A DNA stretch of 64,000 nt from Bacteroidota bacterium (GTDB taxonomy: Bacteria; Bacteroidota; Ignavibacteria; UBA10030; UBA8401), in assembly GCA_008933835.1 (NCBI GenBank), contig WBUG01000005.1, positions 18,876 to 82,875 of the forward strand, written 5' to 3'. Under the pieces are notes generated by a model. It did no database searches and was not told the DNA's origin. It saw nothing but the letters and a program-made list of their open reading frames with translations. A program made the translations under genes and the position numbers. Positions 52,988 to 63,843 of the stretch are shown in pieces (position 1 is the stretch's first letter; the number at the start of each line of letters is the position of its first letter).

Positions 52988-54369
52988 TAGTTTCCCTTCC
53001 CGGCGATCATGGTATAGACGGTCATTAACAGGATCTTGATGTCCATGCGGAACGACATGTTCTCGATGTAGGAGAGGTCGTACCGCACCTTCGAACGGAC
53101 GTCGTCGATGGAGGTGTCGTACCCCTGCTTGATCTGCGCCCAGCCGGTGATGCCGGGCTTCACGGAGAGCCGCCGTTTGTAGAGCGGGATCTCCTTCGCG
53201 AGCTGCTCGACGAAATGCGGGCGTTCCGGACGCGGACCGACCAGGCTCATGTCGCCGCGCAGCACGTCGATGAACTGCGGTATCTCGTCCAGCCGGGTCT
53301 TCCGGAGGAAGCGGCCGACGCTCGTCACGCGCGGATCGTTGGCGGTGGCCCAGACGGGACCGGTCCGCGCCTCCGCGTCCTGGTACATCGAACGGAACTT
53401 GTGCATGCGGAACAGCTTCCCGTTCTTCCCCACCCGCTCCTGCGAGTACACCAGCGGACCCGGCGAGTTGACCTTGATGGCCACCGCGACGACGAACCAC
53501 AACGGTGCCGAGAGGACCAGGATGAGGGCGGAGACGACGATGTCCATGAGCCGCTTCGCGCTCTCTTCCCACGGCTGCATGATGTGCGGCATCACTTCGA
53601 TGAGCGGGAAGCCGTAGATCTGATTCGTCCGCGCCTGACCGGAGATGATGTCGTACATGTCCGGGATGATCTTGATGGAGAGGTCGTAGCCGGTCGAGAG
53701 GGAGACGACGTCCAGCACGGTCTGTTTCTGATGCGAATCGATGGCGATGAGGATGTTCTTCACGTCCCGCTTCCGCAGGATGTCCGGCAGGTCGTTCACC
53801 GTCCCGATGACCGGGAGCGGCAGCGGTCCGGCCTCCCCGCCGGGCGTGATGAATCCGATCACATGGTATCCGAGCGCGGGGAACTTCCGGACCGATTCAT
53901 AGAGCTCCGCCGCCTTCGGTCCGTCCCCCACGATGAGCGTGTCGCGGTGCCCGATGCCCCGCTGCAGCAGCCGCCGCCGGAAACTGCGCACGATGACCCG
54001 CCCTCCCCCGACGAAGAGCACCATCAGCAGCCAGTACATCACGATGATGGAACGGTTGGCCGAATAAGTGGCGTTCCGCTCGTCGTCGAAGAAGATGATG
54101 AAGAAGAGCAGGATGCTCCCGAGCGACACGCTCCGGAACACCGCGGAGAACTCGTCCGTCCGTGAGGCGGAGTACCACGGACGGTAGAGTCCGAAGAATG
54201 CGAAGACCGCCATCCAGTACAAGTACATGATGGCCATCGGCAGCAGGATGTCCGGCTTTGCGGAGTACTCGACGATGTGTCCCTCGACACGGAGCACATA
54301 GTAGCACAACCAGGCCGCGTTGACGGAGAGGAGGTCGAAGAGGACGATCTTGCGTTCGAAATGTTTCAT
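52987..54369 (-). CDS. polyprenyl glycosylphosphotransferase (WbaP/WcaJ-type initiating enzyme)
   Basis: 460 aa. TM spans, a Rossmann-like module, and a full sugar-transferase core: KFRSM, NDPRVT, LDEIPQF, SLVGPRP and KPGITGWAQ. Confidence 0.9.
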   Translation of the reverse strand: MKHFERKIVLFDLLSVNAAWLCYYVLRVEGHIVEYSAKPDILLPMAIMYLYWMAVFAFFGLYRPWYSASRTDEFSAVFRSVSLGSILLFFIIFFDDERNATYSANRSIIVMYWLLMVLFVGGGRVIVRSFRRRLLQRGIGHRDTLIVGDGPKAAELYESVRKFPALGYHVIGFITPGGEAGPLPLPVIGTVNDLPDILRKRDVKNILIAIDSHQKQTVLDVVSLSTGYDLSIKIIPDMYDIISGQARTNQIYGFPLIEVMPHIMQPWEESAKRLMDIVVSALILVLSAPLWFVVAVAIKVNSPGPLVYSQERVGKNGKLFRMHKFRSMYQDAEARTGPVWATANDPRVTSVGRFLRKTRLDEIPQFIDVLRGDMSLVGPRPERPHFVEQLAKEIPLYKRRLSVKPGITGWAQIKQGYDTSIDDVRSKVRYDLSYIENMSFRMDIKILLMTVYTMIAGKGN

Positions 54370-54372
54370 CGT

Positions 54373-55371
54373 TCATTCATCGCTGTGCTGTACGGTGGCC
54401 GCCGCCGGCCGGTATTCCGTCCGGTACCACTCGATGTTCCGGCGGAGCCCCTCTTCGAGCGAGAACGGGGGGACGAACCCCAGGGAGCGCACTTTGCCGG
54501 AACGGTGCTCGGTCGGAGTGTTGAACTTGCGCAACCGCGCACCCGTGACGGGAAAATCGATGCCGGTGACGCGGCCGAGCAGGTCGAACACGTTCGCCGC
54601 GGCGACCGCCGCGGAGAGCGGAATGTGCACCCTCGAGACCGGCGCACCGGAAAGCCGGGAGATCAATCCGACGAGCTCCCGCGTCGTCATGTTCGGTTCG
54701 TCCGAATAATTGTAGACCGCCGTTCCGGGAGCCATCCGTTCCAGAAGGAAGAGCGTCACCGCCGTGATGTTGCCGACGTACGCGATGGATTTCACGTTGT
54801 TCCCATCGCCCACCCAGATGAAACGCCGGTCGCACACCTGCCGGACGAGCTTGAAGATGTTGGCGGTGTTCAGCGGACCGAACACGACGGCGGGCCGGAG
54901 GATGATGACCTGCCGTTCCGGGTCATGCGACTGCCATTCGCGGAGCACCGCCTCGGCTTCGAGCTTCGAGCCGCCGTAATGGTTCACCGGAGCCGGCGCC
55001 GTCTCTTCCGTGGAGGGCTGGTTGTCTCCGTACACGGCCACGGTGCTGTAAAAGAAGAACCGCCGGATGCCGCGCTCGTCCGCGAACCGAAGGAGCGACC
55101 GCATTCCCTCCACATTGACGGAGTAATATTCCTCCCTGGTCACACCGAAATCGCGGTGGGCTGCCGCGAGATGGATGATGCAGTCCAGCGGTCCTTCCAC
55201 GGATGCAAGCGCAGCGGCGTCGCGGATGTCCCCCGTGACGTACGGATACCGGACCGGATGTTTTTTCGCAGGTTCGATGTCCAGTCCAGCGACCCGGTGT
55301 CCGGACCGGACGAGGTCGTCGGTGAGATAGGAGCCGATGAATCCGGAATCGCCGGTGACAAGGATGTTCAT
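54373..55371 (-). CDS. NAD-dependent sugar epimerase/dehydratase (SDR)
   Basis: 332 aa. MNILVTGDSGFIGS Rossmann motif and a YGGSK catalytic motif. Confidence 0.85.
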   Translation of the reverse strand: MNILVTGDSGFIGSYLTDDLVRSGHRVAGLDIEPAKKHPVRYPYVTGDIRDAAALASVEGPLDCIIHLAAAHRDFGVTREEYYSVNVEGMRSLLRFADERGIRRFFFYSTVAVYGDNQPSTEETAPAPVNHYGGSKLEAEAVLREWQSHDPERQVIILRPAVVFGPLNTANIFKLVRQVCDRRFIWVGDGNNVKSIAYVGNITAVTLFLLERMAPGTAVYNYSDEPNMTTRELVGLISRLSGAPVSRVHIPLSAAVAAANVFDLLGRVTGIDFPVTGARLRKFNTPTEHRSGKVRSLGFVPPFSLEEGLRRNIEWYRTEYRPAAATVQHSDE

Positions 55372-55381
55372 GGTTCGATGC

Positions 55382-56506
55382 TCAGACGCCGAGATGGTCG
55401 AAAAGATGCCGAATGATGCGCTCCGTCGCCCGGCCGTCGCCGTACGGGTTCGCGGCGGACGACATCGACGCGTAGCGTTCCGCGTCGGTCAGCAGCGCGG
55501 TGACGTTCTCCACGATGGCCCGTTCATCGGTACCGACAAGCTTCACGGTCCCCGCCTCCACCCCCTCCGGCCGTTCGGTGGTATTACGCATCACCAGTAC
55601 AGGAACGCCGAGCGACGGCGCTTCCTCCTGTATGCCGCCGGAATCGGTGAGGATGAGCCGGGAACGCATCATCATCCGCACGAACGGCAGATAGCTCAGC
55701 GGTTCGATCAGCCGGACGTTCGGACGGTCCCCCAGAAGGCGGAAGACCGGCTCGCGCACGTTCGGATTCAGGTGGACCGGGTAGACGAACAGATGGTCCG
55801 TGAAACGGTCCGCAAGGCCCGCGACGGCGCGGCAGATAGATTCGAACCCTTCGCCGAAGTTCTCCCGCCGGTGCCCGGTGATGAGGACGACCGGTAGAGA
55901 ACCGTTCAGCACGGATTCATCCATCCCTTCCACCGCCGGCGGTGCGGCCTTCACTTTGGCGGAGGCGAGCAGCAGCGCATCGATGACGGTGTTCCCGGTG
56001 ACGTGCACACGGGAGGGCTCGACCCCCTCGCGAAGAAGGTTCGCTCTGGAAGTCTCGGTCGGCGCGAAGTGCAGGTCGGCCACATGCGTCGTCAGCACAC
56101 GGTTCACCTCTTCCGGGAAGGGTGAATAACGCTGATAGGTGCGAAGCCCCGCTTCGACGTGGGCGACCGGGATCCTGTGGTAGAAGCTCGTCAGCGCCGC
56201 CGCGAGCACCGTGGTGGTGTCGCCCTGGACCAGCACGATGTCCGGCGCCGATTCCTTCAGGTACCGGTCCACATGCACGATGGCGTTGGAGGTGATCTCG
56301 GCCAGCGACTGGTTCGGCTTCATGATGTTGAGGTCCGCATCCGGCACGATGCCGAAGATGTCCAGGACCTGGTCCAGCATGGAACGGTGCTGCGCGGTGA
56401 CGCAGACCTCCGTCCGGCACCGGGGGTCCCTCTTCAACGCCAGGATGACCGGCGCCATCTTGATGGCTTCGGGACGGGTGCCGAAGATGAACGATACTTT
56501 CTTCAT
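55382..56506 (-). CDS. wecB: UDP-N-acetylglucosamine 2-epimerase (non-hydrolysing)
   Basis: 374 aa. FGTRPEAIKMAPV, VCVTAQHR, and TDSGGIQEEAPSLGVPVLVMR. Confidence 0.9.
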   Translation of the reverse strand: MKKVSFIFGTRPEAIKMAPVILALKRDPRCRTEVCVTAQHRSMLDQVLDIFGIVPDADLNIMKPNQSLAEITSNAIVHVDRYLKESAPDIVLVQGDTTTVLAAALTSFYHRIPVAHVEAGLRTYQRYSPFPEEVNRVLTTHVADLHFAPTETSRANLLREGVEPSRVHVTGNTVIDALLLASAKVKAAPPAVEGMDESVLNGSLPVVLITGHRRENFGEGFESICRAVAGLADRFTDHLFVYPVHLNPNVREPVFRLLGDRPNVRLIEPLSYLPFVRMMMRSRLILTDSGGIQEEAPSLGVPVLVMRNTTERPEGVEAGTVKLVGTDERAIVENVTALLTDAERYASMSSAANPYGDGRATERIIRHLFDHLGV

Positions 56507-57672
56507 CGGACACCCTCCGGAATGCCGGGGACCGACCGTTTCACCGCATCGATGAACGATGCGGCGATGACGCTCCAGGAGAACTCGTTCACCGTCACCG
56601 TGTATCCCTGTTCCGCTTTGGCGGCGGCCTCGTCACGGTGCGCGCCGATGTGACGGATGACCTCCACCAGTTCGTCCACCGTATCGGCGTAGTAGAGGAA
56701 ATCCTTATCGATGCGTTCCACCTCTTTCAACCTCGTGCTGATGACGGGGCGTTTCAACGAAAGGTACTCGAACAGCTTCAGCGGCGAGACCGCATGCGAC
56801 ACGTCGGTCTTGGTGAAGAGGTTCAGGCAGACATCGGTGCGCGAGACGAGCTCCATCGCTTCGGCATGCGGCAGCGCGCCGGTGAGACGGACGTTTCGCA
56901 GTCCGAGCCCCTCCACCCGCGCACGGATGCGGGGGAACTCCCGTCCGGCGCCGATGAGCACGAAATCAGTCTCCGGCATCCGCGCCGCGGCATCGACGGC
57001 CTGGTCCAGCGCCATGGAGTATTCGAACGCGCCCACGTATCCCACGGTCAGCCGGGGGTTCGGTGCGGGAAAAGGACGGTCTTCCAGGAACCGGTGCGTC
57101 GTCCGCGAACCGTTCGGGATGAGGAACTTCTGCGGATGGTCGATACCGTCGAAGAGCGGACCGGAGATGCAGATGACGAGGTCCGACCGCCGCATCATCC
57201 ACCGCAGACAGTACCGTGCCGCGCGGTAGAGCGGATGCCGTTCCGAGACGGCGAGCTCCACTTTGAGCATCCCCAGCAGATCGTCCGCCAGGTCGAACAC
57301 CGCGGCGGTCGGTTTGTTCAGTAGGTACAGGAATTGCGGCAGGTTGTAGAGATACATCAGGTCGATCCTCTCCGTCCGCACCAGCCGCCGCACCGTTCCC
57401 CACGCCTTCACGGAGTAGTACATCTTCTTGACCAGTTTCTCGAGGGGGAAATGCGCCCTCCAGAATCGTTCGTTCATCGGAACGGTGATGACATGAACCC
57501 GCGGATGCCCTTCCAGCACCACGTCGATATCGTTCGCCTCCGACGAACCGCGGGACGGAGGCTGCAGCACGTACACCGTGTGCCCCTGTTCCGCGACGTT
57601 CATCAGGAGATGGTAATACCGCGACGCATGCGCGGAGGCCCAGCGGGCGAGATAGGGAAAGAGGATCGTCAT
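56503..57672 (-). CDS. glycosyltransferase (GT4/GT-B fold)
   Basis: 389 aa. C-terminal E-x7-E-like region (SPLKLFEYLSLKRPVIST). ATGA overlaps on both sides. Confidence 0.75.
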   Translation of the reverse strand: MTILFPYLARWASAHASRYYHLLMNVAEQGHTVYVLQPPSRGSSEANDIDVVLEGHPRVHVITVPMNERFWRAHFPLEKLVKKMYYSVKAWGTVRRLVRTERIDLMYLYNLPQFLYLLNKPTAAVFDLADDLLGMLKVELAVSERHPLYRAARYCLRWMMRRSDLVICISGPLFDGIDHPQKFLIPNGSRTTHRFLEDRPFPAPNPRLTVGYVGAFEYSMALDQAVDAAARMPETDFVLIGAGREFPRIRARVEGLGLRNVRLTGALPHAEAMELVSRTDVCLNLFTKTDVSHAVSPLKLFEYLSLKRPVISTRLKEVERIDKDFLYYADTVDELVEVIRHIGAHRDEAAAKAEQGYTVTVNEFSWSVIAASFIDAVKRSVPGIPEGVR

Positions 57673-58841
57673 GGGTGTCGGAGTGGTCCCTTCGTCGATT
57701 CAACGGACAGTATTTTTGTCGATATGTCTTCGGTGATGGCTTCCCACGAGTACCGTTCACTCACAGAACGATGATGGCCCGGCCGCCGTTTCACCGCCTT
57801 TTCGGCCGTAGCACCGACCATTGCGATGAACTCTTCATGATCGTTCGCGACATCGACATCAGGACGGAACTTCGCCACTTCCGGCATGTTCGTCGAGACC
57901 ACCGGGATGTCCAACGCCAGATACTCGAGCAGTTTCAAAGGATTACAGGCGATGGTGAGCTCGTTGATCCTGAAGGGGATGATGCCGACATCGAAACACC
58001 GGGCATGCTTCGGCAGCTCAGAGAACGGTACCTCCCCCATGTAATGGATGTTGTCAATTCCATTGAAGAGTGAAAGATCGATGTGGGTACGGCCAAAGAG
58101 GACGAAACTGTACTTCGGGTACCGTCGGGCACATGCAACGATCAATTCCACATCCACCCAGGAGGTGAAGAGACCGAAGAAACCGACGACTGGTTTACGG
58201 ATGTTCTGCAGACCGGGCGGCAACGGCGTATCAGACGGAGCGAAGTGATTGACATCCACACCTTGCGGCAGAAAGAAATCGTTCCCCCACCTCGTCTTTC
58301 GTGTCTGCATCAGTACATCCGAGATCGAGAAACAGGTGTCCACCTTTGATACCAACGATTGCTCAAGCTCACCGAGCCGCTTGAACGCTCCGTCGAACAG
58401 GGTGAAATCATCCAAACAGAAATAGTGCGACGAACGCTCTCCCAGAGTCCCCACCAGCCCATGCACGATGGGTGATGCCGTGATGAGAATAGGATCACGA
58501 TACTTCTCTGCGGACATGATCCGCCCGAGCGAGGTGCGCAGCACCGTCAAGTTCAAGGCGTAGATCCAGGCAACGTCATGGAACGGGATGATGAGCGGGT
58601 TGACGAGCCGGACGGAGGGATACTGCGCATCATCGGCTCTCTCCGCGGGGCGAATGATGCGCTTCCCCTTCTCCACGACGCGTAACAGATCGTGGAAGGA
58701 GACTTTCGGCCGACGGAGTCCGAGCGATCCGATCCAGAGAATCCTGTTCTCGCGGGCTAACACACGACCGATGTGCTGTATCGTGGACGGATACCGCCCC
58801 CAGTCATCGCCGAAGATGATGATATCCCGGTTCCGTATCAC
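57669..58841 (-). CDS. glycosyltransferase (GT-B fold, TuaH-like)
   Basis: 390 aa. N-terminus IIFGDDWGRYPSTIQH and C-terminus NPLKLLEYLALDIPVVST. Apparent GTG start. Confidence 0.7.
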   Translation of the reverse strand: MIRNRDIIIFGDDWGRYPSTIQHIGRVLARENRILWIGSLGLRRPKVSFHDLLRVVEKGKRIIRPAERADDAQYPSVRLVNPLIIPFHDVAWIYALNLTVLRTSLGRIMSAEKYRDPILITASPIVHGLVGTLGERSSHYFCLDDFTLFDGAFKRLGELEQSLVSKVDTCFSISDVLMQTRKTRWGNDFFLPQGVDVNHFAPSDTPLPPGLQNIRKPVVGFFGLFTSWVDVELIVACARRYPKYSFVLFGRTHIDLSLFNGIDNIHYMGEVPFSELPKHARCFDVGIIPFRINELTIACNPLKLLEYLALDIPVVSTNMPEVAKFRPDVDVANDHEEFIAMVGATAEKAVKRRPGHHRSVSERYSWEAITEDISTKILSVESTKGPLRHP

Positions 58842-58851
58842 CGTTCACCTT

Positions 58852-59784
58852 TCACAGACGAATGGGTTCATTGAAGTTCATGGCGGCGAGCCGTACATGT
58901 ACGACCGCTTTCCGGAATGTCTTCCCATTCCACGTCAGAAGGGAGGCAAGCAGGTAGACCGGGATCCTGATGAGAATGCCGAACCGTTTCATGAACCGCA
59001 TCGCGACATTCTCCGCCCCTCGAAAATGCTTGTTGATGAACTGGTACTGAGAGCGGTGAAGATGGGCGAAGGACCAGAGCGTCGTGCTTCCGGACCCCCC
59101 GCCGATGTGGATGATACGGGCTTGGGGACAGAAGAACGACCGGTGGCCGCGTTGACGCGCCCGGAAACAGAGATCGGTCTCTTCGGTATAGAAGAAGTAA
59201 TCCTCGTCAAAGCCCTGGATATCGTTCAGGACCTCGCGACGAATGAACATGAACGATCCCATCACCACATCGATCTCCCGCATGTGATCGTGTCGAAAGA
59301 ACGACAGGTAGTAACTGCCGAACAAGCGGGTCGAAGGGAGGAGCTTGTACAGGAACGTCGCCTCTGTAATTATGTTCCAGAGCGACGGGAAACTCCTGCA
59401 GGAGGGTTGGAGTGTCATGTCCGGATTGAGCTGAAGACAACCGGCGATCCCAATGTCGCGATGCTCGTCCATGAGCCGCACCAGGGTGTCGATGGCGCCA
59501 TCCAGTATGATCGTATCCGAGTTTAAGAGGAGGACGTATCGCCCCGTTGCTCTGGCAATTCCCTGATTATTGGCCGCCGCAAAGCCTCTGTTCGAATCGT
59601 TGACGACCACGTGCACCGCAGGATGTTTTCTCTGCAGCATTTCAATGCTGCCGTCAACGGATGCGTTATCAACCACAATCACTTCGAAGCGTGCCGTGCG
59701 TGTCTGTTGAACGACAGACTCGACGCAGGCATCAAGGAGATGCTTCGTGTTATAGTTCACTATGATGATGGACACGTCGCTCAT
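58852..59784 (-). CDS. GT2 glycosyltransferase
   Basis: Start trimmed to ATG 59784 (MSDVSIIIVNYN), giving 310 aa. Contains VDNASVDGS and NSDT. Confidence 0.85.
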   Translation of the reverse strand: MSDVSIIIVNYNTKHLLDACVESVVQQTRTARFEVIVVDNASVDGSIEMLQRKHPAVHVVVNDSNRGFAAANNQGIARATGRYVLLLNSDTIILDGAIDTLVRLMDEHRDIGIAGCLQLNPDMTLQPSCRSFPSLWNIITEATFLYKLLPSTRLFGSYYLSFFRHDHMREIDVVMGSFMFIRREVLNDIQGFDEDYFFYTEETDLCFRARQRGHRSFFCPQARIIHIGGGSGSTTLWSFAHLHRSQYQFINKHFRGAENVAMRFMKRFGILIRIPVYLLASLLTWNGKTFRKAVVHVRLAAMNFNEPIRL

Positions 59785-61127
59785 GCAATGCGGTGCTTTC
59801 CAACAGTATCGAACCGGCCTGCTTTCATGCGTGCATCCATCACCGCCCCCACCATGAGGCCGATGAGCAAGAACACTAAGAGATATCCGGCGATCGTCAC
59901 CAGGTAGAAGAGGCTCATCACGACGAGCACCTGCAGGTACGACAATATCACCAACGAGACATACGTCCGATATTTTCTGTACCGGTACCAAAGAACAGAT
60001 GTGATGAGACCGATAAGGTACGGACCGATGACGACGCCCATGAATCCAAAGTCTGAATGGAGTTCTCTGAGGTATGTGCCGGTGTTCGTATCCACAGGAA
60101 CTCGATAGAACTTCTGATAGGCACCGACATCGGTGTCAAAACCCAGTTTCGCCAATAATCGGAAGAACGGGGCGAAGGTGTTGGCGCCGACGAACCGCTC
60201 CTGCTCTTCCTTCTTCAGGTACTGGTTAAAGACGACATGGTGACTTGAGAGATACAGATACACTGTCGGCGTGATGAAGCTCGCTCCCTGAAGTTGTTTC
60301 AGCGCCCTCTTCGCCCCCGTGACATTCTCGTTCACATGTCGAGTGGATCTCACCAGCTCGCTACCGGCGATCAACAGGATGATTGCCAACGAGATTGCGA
60401 GAACTCCCTTGATGTTCACCATCGATCGTTTCGATGTTCTTGTCGCATTCCGGGAGGGTTTGGCGAGGAAATACCCGGTCATGAACAGGATCGCCGTCAT
60501 GATCATCATCGCTCTTCCCATGCTCGAGAGATCGACAATGATGCTGATGAAAATCGGTATGACGGCGATGATTTTCATCCTGCCCATTTTGGCCGTATAG
60601 ACCCCCGCGAGCAATGTTGCCGGCAGACAGAGGAACTTGAAGTACGGCACCGCGCCTTTGATCCCTTCCGATACTCTCATCGAATATAGGAATGCTCCCC
60701 GGAGAATCACGTTTGAAACGCTGCCGAACATGTCGATGAGGACGAGCCATGTCTGAATCGCTCCCGCCATACTTACGGCGATCAAGATCCACAGAGCGAC
60801 TTCCAGCACTCTCCGCTCCTCAAAGACGCGATCCTCCGAAGTACGATCGTTTCCATCCAGGTCTGTCTCGTGCCCATCATCTGTTGCCCGTATTGCGGCA
60901 ACGACCGTGAGGCTGCCGATGATGAACAAGATCCAGGCGGTGAAGATGATCCACCACACTTCATCCTCGATGACATAGTAGTTAATGAGCCGCAATTCGA
61001 GGAGGAAGAGCGAAACGCCCCATACCGTAGAATATATGCTTATGTGATTATACCACCGGTGGAACGCCCACCGACCGATGAGAACTCCGGACACCGTCAT
61101 GGCGATAATGAGCGTCGTCAAGATCAT
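59781..61127 (-). CDS. wzy: polytopic membrane protein, O-antigen/repeat-unit polymerase (Wzy)-like
   Basis: Start trimmed to ATG 61127 (ATGA overlap with wzx), giving 448 aa. About 10-12 TM spans with a large loop. Position between wzx and the GTs. No strong motif, so the call is contextual. Confidence 0.55.
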   Translation of the reverse strand: MILTTLIIAMTVSGVLIGRWAFHRWYNHISIYSTVWGVSLFLLELRLINYYVIEDEVWWIIFTAWILFIIGSLTVVAAIRATDDGHETDLDGNDRTSEDRVFEERRVLEVALWILIAVSMAGAIQTWLVLIDMFGSVSNVILRGAFLYSMRVSEGIKGAVPYFKFLCLPATLLAGVYTAKMGRMKIIAVIPIFISIIVDLSSMGRAMMIMTAILFMTGYFLAKPSRNATRTSKRSMVNIKGVLAISLAIILLIAGSELVRSTRHVNENVTGAKRALKQLQGASFITPTVYLYLSSHHVVFNQYLKKEEQERFVGANTFAPFFRLLAKLGFDTDVGAYQKFYRVPVDTNTGTYLRELHSDFGFMGVVIGPYLIGLITSVLWYRYRKYRTYVSLVILSYLQVLVVMSLFYLVTIAGYLLVFLLIGLMVGAVMDARMKAGRFDTVGKHRIA

Positions 61128-62614
61128 CGGGGGCGGCTCCGAAAGAGCCCTGCCAACGACTCTTTTTCTGGACCGGTAAGGGCAAATCGCCACGCGATCA
61201 CCGGATAGACCGCGATGAATAGCATGTGAGCAGCGATCACACTGGTGGCATCGTCACACACGCTCGAGATCGATCCATAGATCACGACCAGAAGCATGAG
61301 GCCGATATCGGCATGCCGAACCTGATCGATTGCAGCACGAAAGCCGTCAAGGGATCGTCTCACAAAATAGAAATGCAATCCAGCATCGATGAACACTCGA
61401 GAGGTCCACACGATCGCGGCTCCGATGATACCGAAGCGTGGGATCATGATGATGTGCAAGATGATGACCACCGGAAGTTCCACCATCTGGAAAATGGCGG
61501 GCAAATCCGGTCTTCCATACGCCTGAAGGAGTGTGTTCGGAATTTGCGCCATGATGTTGAAGAAGAGACCGATCGCCATCACTTGGAAGATGTCAACGGT
61601 CGTGTCGGCGATCTCATTCCCGAGCCACATCCCGACAAGGACATGCGCATTGACGATGAACATGGCCAAGACCGGCAGGATCAGAACGATAAGGGTCCTC
61701 ACTGCCTTTTCATACAACACCTTCGATGCCCTTCCACCGTCCAGGATGGCAGACTGAGCGCTCAGCACCGGGAATAATGCCATCGTGAAACTCATCACGA
61801 TAGCCAACGACCGTGTCAGGGTTTCTTGCGGAATGCTGTACAGACCGACCGATCCCAGCGACAAGAAATACCCGATGAAAAACCTATCGATGTACAGATA
61901 CAAGGGACTGATGATCTGGGATACCGTCACCCACACCCCATAACGCCAAACCCTGCCGAATACACCACGATCGTACACAAGGAAATTCGAAAAGAATCCC
62001 GGTGATAATATCGGCAGAACGAATACTGTAATGATGAGGATGAGAAGTCTCGCAACGATGGAAATGATCACCACTCCTTGTACTCCACCTCCGTATGCGA
62101 CGACGATGACGGCCCCCACCCATTGTACAATTCCAAGCGTCGACTGTAAATAATTGATGACGTCAAAACGCTGTATCGCCATCAGGAAACCCTTGAAGGT
62201 CCCATACAAGAGTAAAAACGGAATGCTCCCCGCTGTGATCAACAACAAATATCTCACTTCCTGGACATGTGTGTCGATATTGAAGACGTCCACTACGCCC
62301 AGCGGTATGGCGGTGAAGACAAGGACACTGCTCAATAATCCAACCGCCATCGTCGTATTGATCGCAGTCCAGATGAGTCGCTGTCTTGCGGCAGTGTCCT
62401 GTTGGATGGCAACTTCCGAGAAATACTTCGTGATCGCCTTACTTATCCCGAAGTCCAACAGGGTGAAATAGCCGATGACGGCCCAAAAAAGGGCCAGGAT
62501 CCCGAATTGTTCAAGCCCGATCCCACGGATGATGATGGGAATACCCCATAGCGCCAAGAGCAAATACAAGGCGTGAGACGACAGGTTATGGAGGGTATTT
62601 TTTGCGATCGACAA
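61124..62614 (-). CDS. wzx: MOP-superfamily repeat-unit flippase
   Basis: 496 aa. N-terminus KNTLHNLSSHALYLLLALWGIPIIIRGIGLEQFGILALFW is typical of Wzx. Apparent TTG start. Confidence 0.8.
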   Translation of the reverse strand: MSIAKNTLHNLSSHALYLLLALWGIPIIIRGIGLEQFGILALFWAVIGYFTLLDFGISKAITKYFSEVAIQQDTAARQRLIWTAINTTMAVGLLSSVLVFTAIPLGVVDVFNIDTHVQEVRYLLLITAGSIPFLLLYGTFKGFLMAIQRFDVINYLQSTLGIVQWVGAVIVVAYGGGVQGVVIISIVARLLILIITVFVLPILSPGFFSNFLVYDRGVFGRVWRYGVWVTVSQIISPLYLYIDRFFIGYFLSLGSVGLYSIPQETLTRSLAIVMSFTMALFPVLSAQSAILDGGRASKVLYEKAVRTLIVLILPVLAMFIVNAHVLVGMWLGNEIADTTVDIFQVMAIGLFFNIMAQIPNTLLQAYGRPDLPAIFQMVELPVVIILHIIMIPRFGIIGAAIVWTSRVFIDAGLHFYFVRRSLDGFRAAIDQVRHADIGLMLLVVIYGSISSVCDDATSVIAAHMLFIAVYPVIAWRFALTGPEKESLAGLFRSRPR

Positions 62615-62655
62615 GCGTGTTATGGGATGAGTATGGGATGTCGGTGGTGTGCGGA

Positions 62656-63813
62656 TTACATTTCACCGTGACGGTTCATTCGGTACGCCCCAGTGATCCG
62701 CCGTATCATGAGGACCAGTGATCGTGAAACACCTTCCGCATCATCGGGCGTCGTCTTCATGATGACGGTCATCATGAAGGTCATCCCGATCGAGATGAAA
62801 AACACCAGCGACGTCACCAACAGGACGATCAATGCTCTCTGCGGTTTCGTCTTTTTCTCCGGGCGAACGGCCTTATCGAGGATGAGAAGAACCGGGACAT
62901 CCTTCTGTTCTTCGATTCTCGCTTGCTCGTACACAGGCACCAGGAACTCAACAATCTTTTGCTGGATGGCGACATCACGATACAAACGGATGGAGGCAAT
63001 GCCTGTCTGTGGTATCGTGGCAACCTTCTTTTCCAACTCGTCCAGTTCCAGTCGCGTCTGCTGAAGTTGGGCATTCTCTCCGGTCACGCTTCGTTCAAGA
63101 ATCGATGCTTCGATTTCTTTCTTCACCTTCATAGCATACAGGGTGGCAACGGCATCGAGCCCTGATGTCTGTTCGGGGGTGATGATCAATCCGCTCTTCT
63201 CCTGGTATTGCCGTAACTTCTCCTCAGAATCGTACAGCAACTTGTACGCCTCAGCGAGCCTGTTTTCGAGGAACTCCCGGTTTATTCTCGCCTCTTGCGT
63301 GCCTATCCGTGTGTTCACGTCATTGAGGACTTCAACAAAGTAATTCGCCATGGCGGCCGCTCGGTCAGGGTCCTTGTCCAGCACTTCAATGATGATGTCA
63401 TCATCTTCGCCATCTTCAAATCGTACGTTGTCCGACAGCTCTTTTATCGTCAACTCCAACGAGCGGTCCTTGACATCGTACACCGTGACAAGGTCAAACT
63501 TCTGCACCACGCTTTCGAGCGTGCTTCGGCTCTTCAGAATTGCAAAATAGTTATATGAACCCGATTTTTGGCCAAATCCACCGAGCTTGCCTAATCCAGA
63601 AATGCCTTTGAGCACAGAACTCGCACCACCGATGCCGCTCAATAGATCCGGCTGCTTCGGCGTCAATAATGAAGTCGTGGCTTTATACCAGTTCGGCAGC
63701 ACCAAGCTTACACCGACGGAAATGATTGCAGCGATGATTGTGTTGATGATGATGAATCGCTTCCATCGCAGCAGGATGGAAAGATACTGGACAGATTTCA
63801 GTTCACGTGTCAT
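62656..63813 (-). CDS. wzz: polysaccharide chain-length determinant (Wzz/GumC-like, no kinase domain)
   Basis: 385 aa. N-terminal TM (FIIINTIIAAIISVGVSLVL) followed by PNWYKATTSLL, a long coiled-coil region, and a C-terminal TM. Confidence 0.75.
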   Translation of the reverse strand: MTRELKSVQYLSILLRWKRFIIINTIIAAIISVGVSLVLPNWYKATTSLLTPKQPDLLSGIGGASSVLKGISGLGKLGGFGQKSGSYNYFAILKSRSTLESVVQKFDLVTVYDVKDRSLELTIKELSDNVRFEDGEDDDIIIEVLDKDPDRAAAMANYFVEVLNDVNTRIGTQEARINREFLENRLAEAYKLLYDSEEKLRQYQEKSGLIITPEQTSGLDAVATLYAMKVKKEIEASILERSVTGENAQLQQTRLELDELEKKVATIPQTGIASIRLYRDVAIQQKIVEFLVPVYEQARIEEQKDVPVLLILDKAVRPEKKTKPQRALIVLLVTSLVFFISIGMTFMMTVIMKTTPDDAEGVSRSLVLMIRRITGAYRMNRHGEM

Positions 63814-63843
63814 AATGCACCGTCGATGGTGGCGAAAGGAAAC